Counted from the first letter of the stretch, positions 47,884 through 57,371 are shown. The stretch: DNA of 64,000 nucleotides from Candidatus Gastranaerophilales bacterium (GCA_944322685.1 CALUPP010000034.1:8475-72474); one strand, 5' to 3'. Notes: a model not told the origin generated them from the letters alone. Program-made: numbers and translations.

Positions 47884-49362
47884 ATGGATAACTTAAAAAA
47901 AATAATTTTTGGGGCGGCACTAATAATAACAACGTCTGCGGGGAATTCTTGCGGGGCGTTTGAGGTAGTTTATCCTAAAAATCTCGCAATGAACACGGAT
48001 GCGGCCTCAACATTTTTTGTTGGAAGCGCAGAGGCCGGCTCAACACTCACAATCAACAACAAACCCGTCAAAATCTGGGAAAACGGCTCATTTGTCGAAG
48101 TCGTGACGCTGCATGACGGAGAAAACTCTTTTATTCTTGAATCAACATCCGGAAACGAGAAAAAATCAATAAAATATTCGATTACAAAAAACTGCCCGAA
48201 CAAAACAGCAAAAACAGAGCCCCCGCTGGAAGAATTCGGCGCCGATGAATATATTTATGCGCTTGCATTGTGCGACGGGGTGCCTTTACGAGAAAAACCG
48301 AATGAAAAAGCGCCAAGAATCACTCATTTGTCAAAAAATACGGCGCTTATGGTAAACGGCAAGCAAGGCGAATGGTACAGGGTTTCGCTGGGGCCCGAAA
48401 AAAATGCATGGGTAAATTCCAAAAAGGTTGTTAATCATTCCTTAATTAACGGAAAGCTTTATGCTTCCGTCGAGGACGTTTCTTTACGTGATGACAAAAA
48501 TTATGAATACATTGAGTCAACAATGGACATAAAAACCCCGTTTTCGGTAAAAGAGGTCGACGGCGGGCTTCAGCTTGAGATTTTCGGGGTAAAAAGCAAC
48601 GCAGCTGACAGCAAAATTTTCAAACCGATGAATTCCGTGAAAAATGTGGCCATTGCAACAGCGCAATCAACGGCAAATTCAACCTATTACGTTGAACTGA
48701 ACCATAAATTGTGGGGGTATGATTGTTATTATGACGGCAAAAAGCTGGTTTTAAAAATAAGAAAAGCCCCTCAAATCGATAAAAACGCTCCTTTAAAAGG
48801 CTTGGTAATCGGAATTGACGCTGGGCATGGGGGGAATGATTCCGGCGCAATCGGGCCAACCGGAGTCAAAGAAAAAGACATAAATCTTGACTTGGCCGCA
48901 AAACTCAAAGCGGAATTGGAAAAAGCCGGCGCTCAAGTACTAATGACCCGCGAGGATGACACAAATGTGCCGCTTTATGACCGGCCGAACAAGGCAAAAG
49001 AGGCTGATGCACTGATTCTTGTCAGTTTGCATGCAAATTCGCTGCCGGATGGGGCTGATCCATACAAAAAGCACGGAACTTCCGTGTTTTATTACAACAA
49101 CGAGTCAAAACAGCTCGCAAAAACAATCCAGGAGCGGATGATAACCGATTTAGGCACGGCAAACGACGGTTTTAACCGTTCAAGCCTCGTTTTAACACGC
49201 CCGACAATGCCTCTATGCGTGCTTTTAGAGGTCGCTTACATGCTTCATCCGACAGAATATATGCTCATGCTTGATGAAAACTTCCGCAAAAAAACCGCAG
49301 CGTCGATTCGCGCCGGTTTGGAACAATATATGACAGAATCAACATTATCCGAACAAAACTAA
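47884..49362 (+). CDS. N-acetylmuramoyl-L-alanine amidase (Amidase_3) with N-terminal accessory domains
   Basis: GIDAGHGGNDSGAIGPTGVKEKDINLDLA..., SLHANS, and a signal peptide after ATG 47884. The longest ORF begins at TTG 47848. Confidence 0.85.
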   Translation: MDNLKKIIFGAALIITTSAGNSCGAFEVVYPKNLAMNTDAASTFFVGSAEAGSTLTINNKPVKIWENGSFVEVVTLHDGENSFILESTSGNEKKSIKYSITKNCPNKTAKTEPPLEEFGADEYIYALALCDGVPLREKPNEKAPRITHLSKNTALMVNGKQGEWYRVSLGPEKNAWVNSKKVVNHSLINGKLYASVEDVSLRDDKNYEYIESTMDIKTPFSVKEVDGGLQLEIFGVKSNAADSKIFKPMNSVKNVAIATAQSTANSTYYVELNHKLWGYDCYYDGKKLVLKIRKAPQIDKNAPLKGLVIGIDAGHGGNDSGAIGPTGVKEKDINLDLAAKLKAELEKAGAQVLMTREDDTNVPLYDRPNKAKEADALILVSLHANSLPDGADPYKKHGTSVFYYNNESKQLAKTIQERMITDLGTANDGFNRSSLVLTRPTMPLCVLLEVAYMLHPTEYMLMLDENFRKKTAASIRAGLEQYMTESTLSEQN

Positions 49363-49363
49363 C

Positions 49364-50263
49364 ATGAAAAAGATAACAAAAATACTGTTTTTTCTCATTA
49401 TTTCATCGGGATTGTACACAAATGCCGCATTTTCGGGCGATATGGTTGACGATTCCGTAGACAGCCTCATTCGCGCGAAATACAACACACAAAAAATCGA
49501 AAATGACCTGCTTCCTGAGCTCCCGAAAGAGCTCGACCCTTTTGACACGACGCAAGACGCTTTTAGCCCGTCGCCTACGGAATCTCCTGCCGCACCGCCC
49601 GCAAAATCAACAAATAATACCCCAATTTCTCAGCCAACAAAAATTACCCCGCAAAACACCCCCTCAACACAGCCAAAAACCTCGGTTGTCCTGAACAAAG
49701 GCAAGAAATTCCGCGTTAAGCTCCAAAACTCGGTATCCGACAAAACGAAACCCGGCACAAAACTGACTTTTGTCAGCCAATACCCGGAAACTTTCCGATT
49801 TATAACAATTCCGGCCGGCACCGTTTTCAAAGGACGCGTTGTTGACTCTCATCCGCCATATATCAGCGGAAATGGCGGGCTTATTGTAATAAAAGTCGAT
49901 GAAATGGTTTACAAAGGCGTTACATACGATATTGACGCTAAAATCAGCGTTGCAAATGACAAAAAAATCTTTTTTAACAACATAAAAGGAAAAAGAAAAT
50001 ACCTGCAAAACATGTGGAACGCAACGACGTTCGGAAGCAAATATCTGAAAAAAATGTGGAAAAGTTCTTGCCGTTTTGCGAACAAAGGCGGTATTAACCT
50101 AGTGATAGCGCCGTTTCCGACCGCAGCAGGGCTGGTTGTTTATGCGGCAAACGTTGTTTCTTCGCCGGTTATCGCACTTTTCACAAAAGGCGGCTCAATT
50201 TCCATCCCGGCCGGCTCAAAATTTGTTATCCAATTGCGAGAAAACGCCTCAATTATCAAATAA
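49364..50263 (+). CDS. secreted protein with a Pro-rich linker and a TrbI/VirB10-like beta-barrel-type C-terminal region (tentative)
   Basis: Signal peptide, a P/T/S-rich linker, then KGKKFRVKLQNSVSDKTKPGTKLTFVS...IPAGTVFKGRV...ISIPAGSKFVIQL, which resembles the VirB10/TrbI pattern. The ATG lies 1 nt after the amidase stop. Confidence 0.4.
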   Translation: MKKITKILFFLIISSGLYTNAAFSGDMVDDSVDSLIRAKYNTQKIENDLLPELPKELDPFDTTQDAFSPSPTESPAAPPAKSTNNTPISQPTKITPQNTPSTQPKTSVVLNKGKKFRVKLQNSVSDKTKPGTKLTFVSQYPETFRFITIPAGTVFKGRVVDSHPPYISGNGGLIVIKVDEMVYKGVTYDIDAKISVANDKKIFFNNIKGKRKYLQNMWNATTFGSKYLKKMWKSSCRFANKGGINLVIAPFPTAAGLVVYAANVVSSPVIALFTKGGSISIPAGSKFVIQLRENASIIK

Positions 50264-50332
50264 TCAAGACGTTTAGCTTTTATTGTCAAGATTTTTCAAA
50301 TAAATTCGCGAAAAATGGCAAATTGATGAAAA

Positions 50333-51385
50333 TTACACACATTCCATCACATCAACCATAAAGCAGGGCTGCTCTTTGAGCTTTCTTTCCATTTCCTCAA
50401 ATTTCAAGAAGCCTTCTTGCGCGCCAAAATGCGAAACAACCGACGCTGCGTTCACAGAAGCAAGCATGAGCGATTTTTCAATATCCCAGTTTGTATATTC
50501 AAGCGCAGCCGTGAAAGTTGATGAAAGCGCATCGCCCGCACCGAGCGTGCTGACAACGCGGGCGGGGAATTCCGGACATCTGTAATATTTTTTGCCGTCA
50601 AAAGCGTAAACCCCGTTTTTCCCGTCCGTAATTATGACGATTTTTGCACCCATTGCCTTGAGTTCATCCAGCATTTTAATAATATCCGGATGGATTGTTT
50701 CATCAGAGAATTTTTTCTCTTTTGTATCCGGACGAACCTCGATTTTTGTCACCATTGAGGCTTCTTCTTTGTTCATAACAACGACTTCAGCCGTTTTAAA
50801 AATGTTTGTAAAGTACTTCATGCCCTGTTTAAGGCTTGAAGAACCCGGATTTATGGTCGTATTAACGTTATTTTCCTCAGCAAATCGTGAAATTACGTCC
50901 AAAACCTGTCCTGAAGCACCGTTTAGGGGTGCAATGTAGAGCCATTTTGCGTTTTTTATCGCATTAAAATCAATTTCGCATTCTTTTATCGTTCCATTCG
51001 TACCTCTGTGCGCAAGAACAGTTCTGTTACCCTCAAAACTTACCAAAATGATAGAAAAACCTGAGGTTTCGTCCTCGCTTACAATAACGTTAGAAACATC
51101 AACGCCGGCTTGCTCCATTTTTGCGAGAATGTTTTTAGCCTGAAAATCATCACCTATTTTGAAAATTGCAGATGTATCAAACCCCAGATTTGCAAAATTC
51201 GCAGCCGCATTCAGTCCGCCGCCCCCGACAGCCGTTTTAAAGCCGTTAATTTCCATTTTTGCGCCGTAAGGATAAGCCATAAACTCATTCTGGCAGTTTT
51301 TTGTGTTAACTGATACTATATTCGCGTCATCGCACTCAATAAATGCGTCAATTGTAGCGCTTCCGATAGTTACTATGTCATACAT
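50333..51385 (-). CDS. PfkB-family carbohydrate kinase
   Basis: MYDIVTIGSATIDAF..., GGGGLNAA, and C-terminal STLGAGDA. Start at ATG 51385 (RBS AGAGG). Confidence 0.8.
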   Translation of the reverse strand: MYDIVTIGSATIDAFIECDDANIVSVNTKNCQNEFMAYPYGAKMEINGFKTAVGGGGLNAAANFANLGFDTSAIFKIGDDFQAKNILAKMEQAGVDVSNVIVSEDETSGFSIILVSFEGNRTVLAHRGTNGTIKECEIDFNAIKNAKWLYIAPLNGASGQVLDVISRFAEENNVNTTINPGSSSLKQGMKYFTNIFKTAEVVVMNKEEASMVTKIEVRPDTKEKKFSDETIHPDIIKMLDELKAMGAKIVIITDGKNGVYAFDGKKYYRCPEFPARVVSTLGAGDALSSTFTAALEYTNWDIEKSLMLASVNAASVVSHFGAQEGFLKFEEMERKLKEQPCFMVDVMECV

Positions 51386-51411
51386 AATATACCTCTCTCC
51401 CATTTCAGAGC

Positions 51412-52326
51412 CTATGCCCTCGGATGTGTTTTATCATACACCATTTTTAGGCGTTCTGTCGATACATGGGTGTAAATCTGCGTGTTGCTTATGCTTGCGT
51501 GGCCCAAAAGCTCCTGAACAACCCTCAAATCCGCCCCTTTTTCGAGCAATTTTGTCGCAAAACTGTGTCGAAAAACATGCGGCGTGACAACTTTTGGCAG
51601 CTCAATTTTGCGCACAATATCTTTTAAGGCCAGCCTGACGCTTTGCGGCTGAAGCCGAAATCCTGTTTTATTTACAAAAACTGGGCTTGTTCCGTCGGTT
51701 TTCAGCTCGCCGGGGTGCTCCGCAACCATGTTTCTTGCGAATTTTATGTATTTTTCAAGAAAATCCTTTGCTCTGTTCGACACAAGCACGATTCTTTCCT
51801 TGCTTCCTTTGCCAAAAACCGTAATTTCGTTTTCCTCAAGGTTCAAATTTTCAAAATTAAGGTTGCTCAGCTCGGAAATTCGCATACCTGTGGCATAAAG
51901 CAGCTCCAAAATGGCCCGATTTCTGTATCCGGCGGGCGTATCGATTTTTATATTGTTCAAAATCTGTTCAATTTCCGCTCCGGAAAGAAATTTTGGCAGG
52001 CTTTTTGATTTTTTGGGCGAATGGATGCTGTTTATCGGGTTTGTGTCAACAACGCGCTCCCTATACAAATACCGGTAAAAAGTCCGGATTGCGGAGATTT
52101 TTCTTGAAAGTGTTGTTTTCGAATAGTTGAATTTTTGAATAAAAAGCAGATATTCTTTCACTTTTGAGTGATTTACCGACTCGACCGGCGTATCTGCAAG
52201 CCAAATGAGGTACGCAAGCACATCGGAATGATACGCTCGCACCGTATGGGCGGAAAAATTCCTTTCAACCTCCAAATATACACAAAAATCCTTTAAATAA
52301 CTCTTTGATAACTCATTTACGCCCAT
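51412..52326 (-). CDS. XerC/XerD-family tyrosine recombinase
   Basis: N-terminal SAM-like domain, then the catalytic residues ATGMRISEL, HVFRHSFAT, LLGHASISNTQIYTHV. Confidence 0.85.
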   Translation of the reverse strand: MGVNELSKSYLKDFCVYLEVERNFSAHTVRAYHSDVLAYLIWLADTPVESVNHSKVKEYLLFIQKFNYSKTTLSRKISAIRTFYRYLYRERVVDTNPINSIHSPKKSKSLPKFLSGAEIEQILNNIKIDTPAGYRNRAILELLYATGMRISELSNLNFENLNLEENEITVFGKGSKERIVLVSNRAKDFLEKYIKFARNMVAEHPGELKTDGTSPVFVNKTGFRLQPQSVRLALKDIVRKIELPKVVTPHVFRHSFATKLLEKGADLRVVQELLGHASISNTQIYTHVSTERLKMVYDKTHPRA

Positions 52327-52428
52327 AAACCGATTATATCACAGTGGAGGATTAATGCGGATTGTGAAGTTTTGTAAAATTCAAGCCTAAATTTTTGACC
52401 GGCACAAAAACATCATTATAAAAAAAGT

Positions 52429-52710
52429 ATGAGCAATATGAATATGATAAATCCGGCGAATTATTACAATCCTTTTGCACGCTACAACTACGTAAGCAAG
52501 ACAAGAGGCGCCTACATACCTCAAGACACGCAGTTACTTTCGGCAAGCAAAGGCGAAACTGCAAAATCCTCCAGCATCTGGAGCGAAAACTACGACGCAG
52601 AAACCGATGTAATGCAAAGTATCAGCGCACAAGCCGCACAAAAAGGCGAAGGGAACGAAATCTTAGGGTTTTTCTCCAATTTATTCAACATAAAATCCGA
52701 AAAAAACTGA
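52429..52710 (+). CDS. hypothetical small protein (93 aa)
   Basis: Isolated ORF in an otherwise empty intergenic stretch. No recognisable motif. Confidence 0.4.
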   Translation: MSNMNMINPANYYNPFARYNYVSKTRGAYIPQDTQLLSASKGETAKSSSIWSENYDAETDVMQSISAQAAQKGEGNEILGFFSNLFNIKSEKN

Positions 52711-52870
52711 TAAAGGCCTGAGCCTATATTTTTAAGCATTGCAGCATAAAAAATGCGGACAAAATCGGTTCTACGGGCTTGGGGGTGTTCCCGAAATGTG
52801 CAATGCAGCAGGAATCAACGCTTTTTTAAGCAAACTCGGCCGCAAAACACAAACTAACGGGAATATGTAA

Positions 52871-52903
52871 ATAAAAAACGGACAGTTTTTACGCTGTCCG
52901 TTT
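52871..52903 (-). terminator. terminator of thrS
   Basis: ACGGACAG-(8 nt)-CTGTCCGT with a T-run on the minus strand, about 25 nt after the thrS stop. Confidence 0.75.
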
Positions 52904-52925
52904 CTCTTTTAGTGTTTTATGCGGG

Positions 52926-54872
52926 TTAAGCCTTGTCTTTTATTTCCTGTTGCAGTTTTTGCGCGAATTCTTCAAGCTTAAAGGTGCCGATTGGCCCCTC
53001 GCCGCGTTTTCTTACCGCAACAGAGCCGCTTTCGATTTCCTTGTCGCCGACTACGACAACATAAGGAACTTTTTTATCCTGAATCGCCTCTCTGATTTTG
53101 TAATTTACACTTTCAGAGCGGTCGTCGAGCTGCACGCGGATTCCGTCAGCGAAAAGCTTTTTATAAACCGATTCCGCATAATCAGCATGTTTTTCCGTAA
53201 TCGGAACAACCGTAACCTGCGTAGGAGCGAGCCAAAGCGGGAACGCGCCGGCATAATGTTCAATAAGAATACCGTGAAAACGCTCCATTGAGCCGAAAAT
53301 TACCCTGTGAAGCATTACGGGAGTTTTCATAAGTCCGTCTTTGTCCTGATATTTTATGCCAAAACGCTCCGGCAGGTTAAAATCAAGCTGAATTGTCGCA
53401 CACTGCCAGGTTCTGCCGATTGCATCCTTGACTTTGAAGTCGATTTTCGGCCCGTAGAATGCGCCATCGCCTTCGTTGATTTCGTATTTCATTCCGCGGC
53501 GATCCATCGCCTCTTTTAAGCCAGCTTCAGCTCTGTTCCAGTTTTCGAGCTCGCCCACGTAGCTTTCCGGGCGGGTTGAAAGCTCAACCTCAAAATCCAT
53601 CTTAAAAATCGCCATAGTATCGGCAACAAAGTCAATAATTGCGTTAATTTCATCAACAAGCTGTTCCGGTGTACAGAAAACGTGCGCATCATCCTGCGTA
53701 AATCCCTGAACACGGGTTAAACCGGCAAGAGCACCGGATTTTTCTTTTCGATAAACCGTTCCGAGCTCGGCCATTCTCAACGGCAAAGAACGATAAGAGT
53801 GGCGATTTGCCTGATAAATAAGAATATGGAACGGGCAGTTCATCGGTTTTACGATAAACTGATCGTCATCTTCATTTTCTTTCTGAATGAAGAACATATT
53901 TTCGCGATAATGGTCGATGTGGCCGGAAAGCTCCCAGAGTTTTGATTTTGCGAGCTGCGGAGTGTTAACAATCACATATCCGCGTTTTCTGTGCTCCGTT
54001 CTCCAATAATTTTCGATTTCTTCACGCACAACAGCGAGATTCGGGTGCCAAAGAACCAAACCGCCGCCGATTTCTTCTCTTACCGAGAACAAATCGAGTT
54101 TTGTGCCGAGTTTTCTATGGTCGCGCTTTTCTGCCTCTTCAAGAAAATGCAGGTAATTGTCCAAATCCTCTTTTGTCAGGAACGCAGTGGCGTAAATTCT
54201 CTGGAGCATCTTGTTTTTTTCATTTCCGCGCCAGTATGCGCCTGCAACTTTCAAAAGTTTGAAAGCCTTAATAAACGACGTGTCGGGAATATGCGGCCCC
54301 GCGCAAAGGTCGTTAAAACAGGGGTTTCCGTCCTTATCTTTTGTGATGTAAAGAGTTGGATTGTCATTTTTGTGCTCTTCAAGAAGCTCCGCCTTGTAAA
54401 TTTCGCCCTGCGACTTAAATTCTGCGATTTGAGCATCAACATCAGGGATTACATACCTCTCAAAAGTGTGTTTTTCCTTGATTATCTTTTTCATTTCGTC
54501 TTCGATTTTTCTCAAATCGTCTTCTGTAAATGCATGGCCGTCAAGGTCAAAATCATAATAAAATCCGTTCTCAATCGCAGGCCCGATAGCGAGTTTAGCC
54601 TGCGGGAAAAGTCTTATAACCGCCTGCGCCATAATATGCGAGGTCGAATGGCGCAAAACATGCAAAGATTCGGGGTCTTTGGCCGTTAAAATCTTCACTT
54701 TGTCATTATTATTTAATGTCGTCGTGAGGCTTTTCGTTGTTCCGTTAATTTCAATGGCCATTGCGTTTCTGGCAAGCCCTTCACTGATTTTTTTTGCTAA
54801 ATCCATACCTGTTGAATTTTCCGGTACGCTAATTTTTGAATTGTCGGGTAAAATAACCTCAATGTTTGACAT
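52926..54872 (-). CDS. thrS: threonine--tRNA ligase
   Basis: TGS domain at the N-terminus, HSTSHIMAQA editing motif, class II core (FRHSYRSLP-type RHSYRSLPLRMAELG) and the anticodon-binding C-terminus. Start at ATG 54872 (RBS AAGGAGAG). Confidence 0.95.
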   Translation of the reverse strand: MSNIEVILPDNSKISVPENSTGMDLAKKISEGLARNAMAIEINGTTKSLTTTLNNNDKVKILTAKDPESLHVLRHSTSHIMAQAVIRLFPQAKLAIGPAIENGFYYDFDLDGHAFTEDDLRKIEDEMKKIIKEKHTFERYVIPDVDAQIAEFKSQGEIYKAELLEEHKNDNPTLYITKDKDGNPCFNDLCAGPHIPDTSFIKAFKLLKVAGAYWRGNEKNKMLQRIYATAFLTKEDLDNYLHFLEEAEKRDHRKLGTKLDLFSVREEIGGGLVLWHPNLAVVREEIENYWRTEHRKRGYVIVNTPQLAKSKLWELSGHIDHYRENMFFIQKENEDDDQFIVKPMNCPFHILIYQANRHSYRSLPLRMAELGTVYRKEKSGALAGLTRVQGFTQDDAHVFCTPEQLVDEINAIIDFVADTMAIFKMDFEVELSTRPESYVGELENWNRAEAGLKEAMDRRGMKYEINEGDGAFYGPKIDFKVKDAIGRTWQCATIQLDFNLPERFGIKYQDKDGLMKTPVMLHRVIFGSMERFHGILIEHYAGAFPLWLAPTQVTVVPITEKHADYAESVYKKLFADGIRVQLDDRSESVNYKIREAIQDKKVPYVVVVGDKEIESGSVAVRKRGEGPIGTFKLEEFAQKLQQEIKDKA

Positions 54873-55107
54873 TTTTCTCTCCTTTTTCTTGTCTGTACTC
54901 AATCACCAACCCTGTGAATGTGCACGGGGGCTAAGCCCTTAATACCTTTATAGCACCATTAAAAATGTATTGCAATTTATAAATTCTTGTAATATAATTT
55001 AAAAAAAATCAATAATTTGTAATATTGTTAAGATTATTTTGATTTGCGTTACAAATTTATCAATTTTAGCATTTAAGACAATCGGAAAAGAAAGCAGGAA
55101 TTGAAAA

Positions 55108-55854
55108 ATGAGCCCAAACACTGAAGTTCCCGAACAAGAAACAAAACAAAAAATTCTTATTGCTGACGACGAAGCCAGTATCAGAAGAATCCTTGAAACA
55201 AGGCTCGGAATGATAGGCTATGACGTCGTTACAGCGGCAGACGGCGAAGAAACTGTCGCTATGTTTAATAAAGAAAACCCGGATTTAATCATTTTGGACG
55301 TTATGATGCCAAAAATGGACGGTTACGGCGTTTGCCGCGAAGTCCGCAGAACATCTGACGTTCCGATTATCATTTTGACGGCACTGGGCGATGTATCGGA
55401 AAGAATTACCGGCCTGGAACTCGGCGCTGATGACTATGTTGTTAAACCTTTCAGCCCAAAAGAGCTTGAAGCGCGCGTAAAAACGATTTTAAGAAGAACC
55501 ACAAACCGCGAAATCGCTCCTTCAACAGGAAAAGTCACAAAAAATGTTATTACAACCGGAAATATCAAAATTGACACGGCGAGAAGACAGGTTTTCAGAA
55601 AAAATGAAAGAATCCGCCTTACCGGTATGGAATTCAGCCTGCTTGAACTTCTTGTAAACAACTCCGGACAGGCTTATTCAAGAAACGAAATTCTTCAATA
55701 CGTATGGGCATATCCGCCGGATCATCGCATTGATACAAGGGTTGTTGACGTGCATATCTCAAGATTGCGCTCAAAACTCGAAACCGACCCCGCAAACCCG
55801 GAGCTAATCCTCACCGCACGAGGAATCGGATATATGTTCCAGAGAATTTCTTAA
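55108..55854 (+). CDS. rpaB: OmpR-family response regulator, RpaB/Ycf27-like
   Basis: KILIADDEASIRRILETRLGMIGYDVVTAADGEE...DLIILDVMMPKMDGYGVCRE...DVPIIILTALGDVSERITGLELGADDYVVKPFSPKELEARV is near-identical in pattern to cyanobacterial RpaB as I recall it. Winged-helix C-terminus. Confidence 0.8.
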   Translation: MSPNTEVPEQETKQKILIADDEASIRRILETRLGMIGYDVVTAADGEETVAMFNKENPDLIILDVMMPKMDGYGVCREVRRTSDVPIIILTALGDVSERITGLELGADDYVVKPFSPKELEARVKTILRRTTNREIAPSTGKVTKNVITTGNIKIDTARRQVFRKNERIRLTGMEFSLLELLVNNSGQAYSRNEILQYVWAYPPDHRIDTRVVDVHISRLRSKLETDPANPELILTARGIGYMFQRIS

Positions 55855-55862
55855 ACAAAATC

Positions 55863-55891
55863 AAAAAAAGGCCTCGAAAGGGGCCTTTTTA
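55863..55891 (+). terminator. terminator of the rpaB-like gene
   Basis: AGGCC-tcgaaagg-GGCCT preceded by A7 and followed by TTTT. Confidence 0.7.
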
Positions 55892-55943
55892 TTATAAGTC
55901 ATTCAGGTCAACTGTGTATTTTGTGTCCGCAATACGAAATAGT

Positions 55944-56546
55944 CATAGATTTTGCGATTCCGAAACAAGTTCGCAATGACGGCGCTTTTTGTCACCCTGA
56001 ACTCGTTTCAGTGCCGCAAGAGCGTCATAAATCCTGCGATTCCGAAACAAGTTCGGAATGACGGCATTTTTCGTCACCCTGAACTCGTTTCAGGGCCGCA
56101 AGAGCGTAAAAAAATAGTCATAAATCCTGCGATTCCGAAACAAGTTCGGAATGACGGCGCATTTGTCACCCTGAACTCGTTTCAGGGTCGCAAGGGCATA
56201 AAAAAATAATCATAAATCCTGCGATTCCGAAACAAGTTCGGAATGACAGTGCTTTTTGTCACCCTGAACTCGTTTCAGGGCCGCAAGAGCGTAAAAAAAT
56301 AATTATAAATCCTGCGATTCCGAAACAAGTTCGGAATGACGGCGCTTTTTGTCTCCCTTAACTCGTTTCAGAGCCGCAAGAGCGTAATCATAAATCCTGC
56401 GATTCCGAAACAAGTTCGGAATGACGACGCTTTTTGTCTCCCTGAACTCGTTTCAGGTCTGTACGGCGAATATTGACGGCGATTAACGCTGAAAAGATGC
56501 TGAAACAAGTTCGGAATGACGGCATTTTTCGTCACCCTGAACTCGC
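55944..56546. repeat. tandem array of 82-93 bp double-hairpin units (six full copies plus one partial)
   Basis: Units start at 55944, 56026, 56119, 56211, 56304 and 56389, with a partial copy at 56499-56546. Consensus: CATAAATCCTGCGATTCCGAAACAAGTTCGGAATGACGGCGCTTTTTGTCACCCTGAACTCGTTTCAGGGCCGCAAGAGCGTAAAAAAATA. Confidence 0.95.
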
Positions 56547-56645
56547 AAAGTATTTTCAGAATCTAATTTTCGCTAAAGTCCTGCATTTCGCCCAAATTAT
56601 TTATTAATTCTTGCGAAAATCCCGATAAAATACCGCTACACTAAC

Positions 56646-57371
56646 TCAAAGCATCGCATCATTCAATTTATCTTTATAAAATCCGACAATTTCCACCATC
56701 GCATGCAGCAAAAGCGCGGTTATTTCGACTTCATCTTTCCATTTGCGAAAAGCGCATTTGGGCGGGAAAACAACGAGCGGATTTGAGGGAAAATCCCGGC
56801 AAATCTGCGGACGATTTTCATAATCCGTGCAAAGATTGTCCGCTCCGACTTTCGGACAGTGATAAAAGCTAATATTTTTGTCCTCAGGAAATTGTTTTTT
56901 AATCAATTCAACGTATTCGGGGAAAATCCCGGCGGCTTCCTCGACAGAACTGTACGGAACGAAAATACTGACAAATTCAGACGCAAATTTGTCGCCGTTT
57001 TTGGCTTTTTCCCTCAATTCTTCGTAGCTGAACTCCGAACTCGCCAAATTGCAGCATGATGCGCACATCGAGCATGCCGATACGGCGCGTTTTGCATTGA
57101 TTTGATTGATTTTTTCAAGAATATCTTTTGAAATCTCATTTTCAAGAAGATTTTTAGCCGCCTCCTGCCAAAAACGAAAACCGCACTCTTTGGGCAATTT
57201 TTCAAACAAATCAAGCTCATCAAATTTAATCTGGCAATCTTTTTTGCAATTATTGCAAAGAGAATTTTTCTTTAATGCGTAAAGTTTTGCGTCAATCGCC
57301 GAAGAAGCCTTTAAAAAAAGCTCCCTGTAAATTTTTCCGGTCTTTTTTAAATCATTTTGCAGTGTATTCAT
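56646..57371 (-). CDS. YkgJ-family (CxxCxxCC) cysteine-cluster protein
   Basis: CSMCASCCNL... and ...FYHCPKVGADNLCTDYENRPQICRDFP match the putative Zn/Fe-chelating CxxCxxCC domain pattern. The start is uncertain (ATG 57371 or GTG 57425). Confidence 0.6.
   Translation of the reverse strand: MNTLQNDLKKTGKIYRELFLKASSAIDAKLYALKKNSLCNNCKKDCQIKFDELDLFEKLPKECGFRFWQEAAKNLLENEISKDILEKINQINAKRAVSACSMCASCCNLASSEFSYEELREKAKNGDKFASEFVSIFVPYSSVEEAAGIFPEYVELIKKQFPEDKNISFYHCPKVGADNLCTDYENRPQICRDFPSNPLVVFPPKCAFRKWKDEVEITALLLHAMVEIVGFYKDKLNDAML

Noticed and set aside
53991-54689. Long antisense ORFs inside well-supported genes (for example 53991-54689 in thrS, 20460-21113 in ald, 30682-31338 in dedA, 11392-11946 in atpB, 33161-33688 in ymdB, 62339-62875 in the Nudix gene, 8810-9271 in atpA, 41647-42090 in the phosphorylase gene)
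   Set aside because: Each lies opposite a gene with strong family motifs. Their translations are low-complexity or R/K/F-rich with no motifs. These are shadow ORFs.
54873-55107. T-box leader upstream of thrS
   Set aside because: I could not find the conserved T-box sequence (AGGGTGGTACCGCG-like) or a specifier/antiterminator arrangement on the minus strand. The region also has to hold the divergent rpaB promoter.
55952-56209. 85-aa ORF (MRFRNKFAMTALFVTLNSFQ...) in the ORF track
   Set aside because: It is a translation of the tandem DNA repeat, so the peptide sequence itself repeats. It has no RBS. This is a spurious ORF of the kind such hairpin elements commonly generate.
55944-56546. CRISPR array interpretation of the tandem repeats
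   Set aside because: The sequence between the hairpin cores is as conserved as the cores themselves, so there are no unique spacers. The period varies between 82 and 93 bp, and no cas genes or leader are present. It is a tandem repeat, not a CRISPR.
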